From positions 16,192 through 80,191 of the forward strand of contig PKTL01000043.1 in the NCBI GenBank assembly GCA_002867475.1: a DNA stretch of 64,000 nt, written 5' to 3'. The notes beneath the pieces were generated by a model that saw only the letters and a list, made by a program, of their open reading frames with translations, did no database searches and was not told where the DNA came from. Position numbers and translations under genes: made by a program. Source of the DNA: Candidatus Woesearchaeota archaeon. Lineage in GTDB: Archaea; Nanobdellota; Nanobdellia; Woesearchaeales; BM511. Below are positions 58,649 to 64,000 of this stretch, piece after piece. Within the stretch, counting starts at the first letter, position 1. Every line of letters starts with the position of its first letter.

Positions 58649-60555
58649 TGGGATCTATAATTCAGTTTGATAAGATTGATGAAAACTTGAAAGAAGTTTT
58701 TGGTGAAAAAGCATATAATCTTGCTAGTGCAAGAAAGTATGCTAATATCCCTAATGGTTTTGTGCTTAATGATGAGATTATGAGAAGATTTCTTGATCAT
58801 AATGGTTTGATTAGTTTAATAGGAAGGTATCTTGATAATCTTATGGTTGATAATGAGAATATAATCCCTATTGTAAATGCTATTCAAAAAGCGATAATAA
58901 GTGGTAATTTTCCAAGTGATATAAAAGAAGATATTTCTGAATTTTATGAAAGTTTGTCGCATACTTCTATTCATGGTGCTAAAGATTTTCTAAAAAATGA
59001 TTCTTTACCATTAGTATGTATAAGAAATGGTGTTTATTCTGATAATGATAGTATTTATCAGCTTAACATAAAAGGGATGGATAACCTTCTGAATAACATA
59101 AAAATAATTTTTGCATCAAATTATACTAGTCAAAAGATTATCAAAAGAAAGGATGAGAATGAAGACCTTATTGAAAATGGGATAAATCCTGTGATCATCC
59201 AGAAGATGATTGGCGTCCAAAGAAGCGGAATATCTTATTCATATAATCCCAATATTAATGTTTCAAATGAATGTGTTATAAAAGCTATGTTTGGTCTTGG
59301 TATAGGTAAGGATGATAGAAAATTATCTTTCGATGAATACATCATTGATAAGGACTATGAGATTATTGGTTCAAAAATCGCTAAACAGGATTATGCTTAT
59401 GAGAAGGATCTTGAAAGTGATAAGACTGTAAAATATTCTCTTGATGAGAATGCTGCAATGCAGAAATTAAGTGAAAGCATGATAAAAGAAGTTGCTCAAA
59501 CAACAAGGAAACTAAAAAGAATATTTGATAGAGAAGTTATTTTAGAATTTGGTTTTTTGAAAAACACATTAATCTTGTTTGATATCAAACCCCAAGAAAT
59601 CATGTTAAAAGAACCTCAAAATATTGATGAAGATAAAGTTATAATACCTGAGAATAGAATTGAAGATATTAATGTAACCGAAACTATAGAGATTGTTGAT
59701 ATTGAACCTAATGATAGTAAGGATATAGGGTTTGAGATCGAAGAAGATATCAAAGAATATCCTGAAGAAATATTTGTAGAGGAAAAACGAGATGAAGAGG
59801 ATACTATTGAAGAGATTTTAACTCTTGATGATCTAGAATCAGATGAAGTTGTTCCAATCATTGAAGAAGAAGTAATTATTGAAAAAGATGATGATTCAGA
59901 TGTATATATCTCAAATATTGATGAACTCCAATCAGATGAAAATGAGGATGATATTGTTGATATTTATGAAGAAAATATAGAAAATATTGAAGATGAATCT
60001 AAAGATAGTGAATTCGGTTATAATTTTATAGATGATAATGATAATGAGAAGATAATTGCTGAAGAGCAAGAGATTGAAAAAATATTTGATGAAGAGATTG
60101 AACATGTTGAAACTGATAAAGAGAATTTGGTTGATGACTATAAGAATATAGGGATACCTGAAGTTTCGAAGGTTGAAGAAGAAGATGCTGATGAACCTAA
60201 AAAGGAGAATATCTTATTTTCTAAAGAAAAAGATAATGAAGAAGTAATAGAGGGTGATAATGACTTTTTTGAAAATCTAAATGAGGATGATAATAAAAAC
60301 AATTTCATCTTTGATAATTCAAATAATGAAAAAGAAGAATTATTAGATTACCCTGAAAAAAACATATTTGATAATGGAATAAATGAAGAATCTAATCTAT
60401 TTGAAACTGCTGGTGAAGAGTTGAGTATAGAAAAAGATGCTGATGAAAAAACTGAAAGTGATGATGATTTTTTTAGTAGAATAGAAGTTGAAGATGATGG
60501 AGATTTCATCTTTGATAATTCAGATAATGAAAAGAAAAAAGAAGAAGATTTCTGA
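58649..60555 (+). CDS. PEP-utilising-enzyme N-terminal (PPDK_N-like ATP-grasp) domain protein with ~330-aa acidic repetitive C-terminal tail
   Basis: FGEKAYNLASARKYANIPNGFVL matches the PPDK_N start. The tail contains repeated DDDFFSRIEVEDDGDFIFDNSDNEK / DNDFFENLNEDDNKNNFIFDNSNNEK units. Confidence 0.55.
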
Positions 60556-61455
60556 TTATTTTTTTAATACTATTATATTTTTACTAAGAGTACTATGAAG
60601 ATATATCTCATATCTGGTTTCTATTTTCCAGTTGCCAAAAAGTATTTTTTTATCCATATAAGAAGGTATACCTACAACCATGACATCACAAAGATCATAA
60701 TATTTTTCAAAAAAATTTTTGTACAATGATTTTAAGTTTTCAGTTATTTTCGTATTTTTCCCATAAGGCAGATCGGTTACTACAACATCAAACTTATCAC
60801 CATTTTTCAATGCGTCTTTTTTTGATAGATCATATTTTTTTATATTGTAATAATGAAGATTTACCTTTGCTTTTTTTAAGGTTATTTCATCTATATCAAA
60901 TCCGATAATATCATAATTCATGAGACCTGCTTCTACAAGGATTCCTCCGGTTCCACAAAAAGGGTCACACAATTTTCCATCGATCTTCCCTGTCAAATTT
61001 ATCATCGCCATAGCTATTCTAGGGTTTAAACTTGTCGGAGACATTTCAGGTTTTAAATGTGGAAGCCTTTTCTTCCAATCTGTTGATATTTTAGTTTCAA
61101 GCTTACAAATAAAGGTTTCATCTCCTTTTTTTATTATTTCGATTTCTGTTTTTGGATTTTTTAGATCCACAGAAGGATTATTTACCATGTTCCAAATGAT
61201 TTTCGCATACTTTTTTTCATCTTCTTTTTTTCCTGTCACCTTAAATGGAGATATTATTATTTTATCCCACTCGATTTCTTGTTCCAGAACTTGATATACT
61301 TTTTTTGTTAAAGATAGCCTATTAGAAAAATTAAGCGTGGTTTCAAATATCAATATATCTTCAATAATCATATGTTTTTTTGGTTTGTAGAGATTCAGTA
61401 CTTCATCTTTTGAAAGATCAAGGTTCTCTTTTGAAAGCAAAAATAATTTTTTCAT
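60556..61455 (-). CDS. THUMP-domain tRNA (guanine-N2) methyltransferase (Trm11/Trm-G10-like)
   Basis: DPFCGTGGILVEAG (SAM binding) and DLPYG motifs. Confidence 0.65.
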   Translation of the reverse strand: MKKLFLLSKENLDLSKDEVLNLYKPKKHMIIEDILIFETTLNFSNRLSLTKKVYQVLEQEIEWDKIIISPFKVTGKKEDEKKYAKIIWNMVNNPSVDLKNPKTEIEIIKKGDETFICKLETKISTDWKKRLPHLKPEMSPTSLNPRIAMAMINLTGKIDGKLCDPFCGTGGILVEAGLMNYDIIGFDIDEITLKKAKVNLHYYNIKKYDLSKKDALKNGDKFDVVVTDLPYGKNTKITENLKSLYKNFFEKYYDLCDVMVVGIPSYMDKKILFGNWKIETRYEIYLHSTLSKNIIVLKK

Positions 61456-61494
61456 AGGATTAAGTTTTTAAATCATATTAATAATGCTTTTGTT

Positions 61495-61842
61495 ATGAAA
61501 AGAAAACCAGGTAGACCAAAAGGCAGTCCAATCAGACAAAATATTATTGAGATACTTTATTTTATGGGTGAAGGTTATGGGTATGAGATCCATAAAATCT
61601 ATAATGAGCTTTTTGATCCTGTAACCCAGGAAAGCATATATTATAACCTTAAACGTGGAGTCAATAATAATGAATTCATCCTTAAAGAGATAAAGATTGA
61701 AAAGGGTGAATTTAGTTGGGGTCAAACTGCTGAAAAATATATTTATGTTCTTGGTCCTCAAGCAAACGCTAGAATACTCAATGAAATAAAAGAATTCTTT
61801 GATACACGAAGAGACAAAGAATCTCTTGTGCACAAAAGTTGA
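61495..61842 (+). CDS. PadR-like winged-helix regulator with N-terminal AT-hook (KRKPGRPKG)
   Basis: IIEILYFMGEGYGYEIHKIYNELFDPVTQESIYYNLKRG fits the PadR pattern. Confidence 0.45.
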   Translation: MKRKPGRPKGSPIRQNIIEILYFMGEGYGYEIHKIYNELFDPVTQESIYYNLKRGVNNNEFILKEIKIEKGEFSWGQTAEKYIYVLGPQANARILNEIKEFFDTRRDKESLVHKS

Positions 61843-61873
61843 AAATTTTTAGTGAAAGAAAAAAGAAAGCTAA

Positions 61874-62566
61874 TTATTTTACCTTCTTGAAAAGACCTAT
61901 CAATGCAATTAATTCTCGTTTACTTGGTGCTGCTTTCAATATTACCCTTTTCAATGCTTTATATGCAGTGTTTCTTTTAGTATCTGTTGTAAACTCTAGA
62001 TTATTAAGGGCATCATTTATTGTCTTATCAAGCACTTCCTTCTCTTTTCCTGTAGGCTCAGTGAAATGGCTTATTATATCATCTTTTTGAAATACCTTGC
62101 TTGCTTCATAACTTACTATGCTTACCGCATGGCTTAAGTTTAAAGCAGGATTTTCTTTATTTGTAGGTATGGTTACAACAATATCAGTCAATTCTAGCTC
62201 TTCATTTTTCAATCCATGGTCTTCTCTACCAAAAATAAATGCAACATTTTTCTTTTTAGATTCCTTCAATCTTTTTGCTATATCTACAGAGCTTATGCTT
62301 GTTCTAAGGATATTGTAGTTTGTACCTATAACTCCTGTCGTCGCGATTGAAAGTTCAAAATCTTTTATGAAATCCAATTTTTTTTCAACTTTAGCTTCTT
62401 TTAGTACATTTTTTGCATGGCAACTTCTGTCAAGGGCTTCTTTATTTAAATGATCTGCTTTGGGATTTACAAGAATAAGATTACCAAAACCAAAATTATT
62501 CATTGCACGAGCTACGGCTCCGATGTTTCCTGAATTTTGTGGTTCAACAAGTATTACTGTAACCAT
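61874..62566 (-). CDS. SpoU/TrmH-family (SPOUT) RNA 2'-O-methyltransferase
   Basis: ILVEPQNSGNIGAVARAMNNFGF N-terminal motif. Confidence 0.7.
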   Translation of the reverse strand: MVTVILVEPQNSGNIGAVARAMNNFGFGNLILVNPKADHLNKEALDRSCHAKNVLKEAKVEKKLDFIKDFELSIATTGVIGTNYNILRTSISSVDIAKRLKESKKKNVAFIFGREDHGLKNEELELTDIVVTIPTNKENPALNLSHAVSIVSYEASKVFQKDDIISHFTEPTGKEKEVLDKTINDALNNLEFTTDTKRNTAYKALKRVILKAAPSKRELIALIGLFKKVK

Positions 62567-62648
62567 AGAAGCTGAAAATTAATATTTAATTAAAAAACTA
62601 TCTAAAAAAATAAGATAAAAAAAATAAAAAAAATAAAATAATAAATAT

Positions 62649-63818
62649 TTATTCCAATGCAGCTTTTAGCTCTTCTACCTTATCTTTTGCTTCCCATGTG
62701 AAGTCTGGATCTTCACGTCCAAAATGGCCATAAGCAGCAGTTTTTTGATAGATTGGTCTTTTAAGCTTTAAATGACTTATAAGTGCTGCTGGTTTTACTG
62801 GAAATACTTTCGGTATGACTTCAATAAGCTTATCTTCACTGACTTTTCCTGTATCAAAAGTGTTTACATTGATGCTTACTGGTTCTGGATATCCTATAGC
62901 ATATGCAAGTTGTACTTCGCATTTATCTGCGAATCCAGCTGCGACAATGTTTTTTGCTATATATCTTGCTGCATATGCTGCGCTTCGGTCAACTTTTGAT
63001 GGATCTTTTCCTGAGAATGCTCCCCCTCCGTGTCTACCCATCCCACCATAAGTGTCCACTATTATCTTTCGCCCTGTAAGTCCTGCGTCTGCATATGGAC
63101 CACCTTTTACAAAAGTTCCTGTAGGGTTGACGTGATATACACAATCTTCACTTAACCATTTCCCACAAACAGGTTTTATGACATTTTCTATAATATCTTT
63201 TTTTATCTGTTCATGTTTGATTCCTTCATCATGCTGATTTGAGATTACTACTGTTGTTACTTTTTGAGGTTTTCCTTGATCATATTCAACTGTTACTTGG
63301 CTTTTTCCATCTGGGCCAAGGTATGGGAGAACTCCAGTTTTTCTTATTTCAGCTAATTTTTCGGTTAGTTTATGTGCAAGACTTATTGGGAGAGGCATAA
63401 GTTCGGGTGTTTCGTTTGTTGCATATCCAAACATCATTCCCTGATCCCCTGCGCCTTGCTCTTCTGTGTCTTTTCCTTCTGCTGCTGCTTCGTTTACTCC
63501 TTGAGCAATATCTGGTGATTGTTCTTCAATATGAGATAGAACTGCACATGAGTCATAGTCGATTCCATGGCTTGGTTTTGTATAACCTATAAATTTTAAT
63601 GTTTCACGTGCTATCTTTGGGAAATCAACATAACCTTTTGTTGTGATTTCTCCTGCTAGAAGAACCATTCCAGTCTTTGTTGCTGTTTCACACGCAACTC
63701 TTGATTCTGGATCTTGCCTTAAACATTCGTCAAGTACTCCGTCTGAGATCATATCGCAAATCTTGTCTGGGTGTCCTTCTGTCACGCTTTCGCTTGTGAA
63801 TAAATATTTTCCTTTCAT
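62649..63818 (-). CDS. metK: S-adenosylmethionine synthetase, bacterial/eukaryotic MetK type
   Basis: [28 protein letters not shown] and [19 protein letters not shown] motifs; strong AGAGGGGG RBS. Confidence 0.9.
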   Translation of the reverse strand: MKGKYLFTSESVTEGHPDKICDMISDGVLDECLRQDPESRVACETATKTGMVLLAGEITTKGYVDFPKIARETLKFIGYTKPSHGIDYDSCAVLSHIEEQSPDIAQGVNEAAAEGKDTEEQGAGDQGMMFGYATNETPELMPLPISLAHKLTEKLAEIRKTGVLPYLGPDGKSQVTVEYDQGKPQKVTTVVISNQHDEGIKHEQIKKDIIENVIKPVCGKWLSEDCVYHVNPTGTFVKGGPYADAGLTGRKIIVDTYGGMGRHGGGAFSGKDPSKVDRSAAYAARYIAKNIVAAGFADKCEVQLAYAIGYPEPVSINVNTFDTGKVSEDKLIEVIPKVFPVKPAALISHLKLKRPIYQKTAAYGHFGREDPDFTWEAKDKVEELKAALE

Positions 63819-64000
63819 TTTTTACCCCCTCTTTAATTCGAGTTTTTATATATTTGAGAATTAAAGGTTCTTTTATATATTGTATTGAATGTTTTATTCT
63901 CATAGGAATATTATTTATCAGAAAATCACTGATTAAATAAAATGTTTATATATTAAAAAAATATTCTTAATTTTACCGACTTGAAATAAGATTTAATTCA

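Noticed and set aside
63819-64000. Possible SAM riboswitch in the 5' region of the bacterial-type metK
   Set aside because: The region is extremely AT-rich with only a strong RBS (AGAGGGGG) and a short 5-bp hairpin. None of the conserved SAM-I/S-box elements are present.

Overview
This window reads as an AT-rich (very roughly 70% A+T, by eye), gene-dense stretch of an archaeal chromosome, most likely a DPANN-type lineage. It carries clearly archaeal housekeeping genes: aRF1 (NIKS and GGQ motifs), aIF5A, L40e, Nop5, RtcB with archease, GatD/GatE, CDP-archaeol synthase, archaetidylserine synthase and decarboxylase, and CDC48. Mixed among them are bacterial-type genes: MetK, a class II aldolase, a PfkB kinase, an L,D-transpeptidase and a sigma70-region-4-like HTH. 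Genes are tightly packed, with many ATGA start/stop overlaps; most transcripts look leaderless behind BRE/TATA promoters, while some genes have a GGAGG-type RBS. Three regions stand out. (1) Positions 1-9725 hold a tandemly duplicated two-gene cassette. Each copy has a class-III-signal-peptide (type IV pilin-like) protein translationally coupled to a very large signal-peptide-bearing secreted protein. The two copies have identical 26-nt promoters and flank a Tat-signal L,D-transpeptidase gene. (2) Positions 27166-40101 form a ~13 kb island wedged between rtcB and its cofactor gene archease. It is bracketed by two disrupted KilA-N-superfamily genes: a split DinD/Bro-N gene and an ORF6N gene with an in-frame TGA. 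Its cargo is two secreted proteins sharing an identical 57-nt 3' end that encodes a 4-Cys C-terminal module, a sigma70-r4-like HTH gene preceded by three phased palindromic sites, and a 3179-aa surface protein. That giant protein has a signal peptide, parallel beta-helix repeats, FN3-like domains, a Cys-rich D/C motif, acidic NET repeats and a ~550-aa polytopic C-terminal membrane domain. (3) Positions 15359-18003 encode a DUF45 metallopeptidase, a TPR-macro domain protein and a convergent uncharacterized protein with possible ADP-ribosyltransferase-like R/S/E residues. Also present are an RHH/RelE-ParE toxin-antitoxin pair, a GC-rich motif (GAATGTCCAGTGA) that recurs only in intergenic DNA, a compact gatDE-psd-pssA-carS lipid-headgroup operon, and an ATP-grasp (PPDK_N-like) protein with a long acidic repetitive tail. 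I found no CRISPR arrays, rRNA genes, or convincing tRNA genes.
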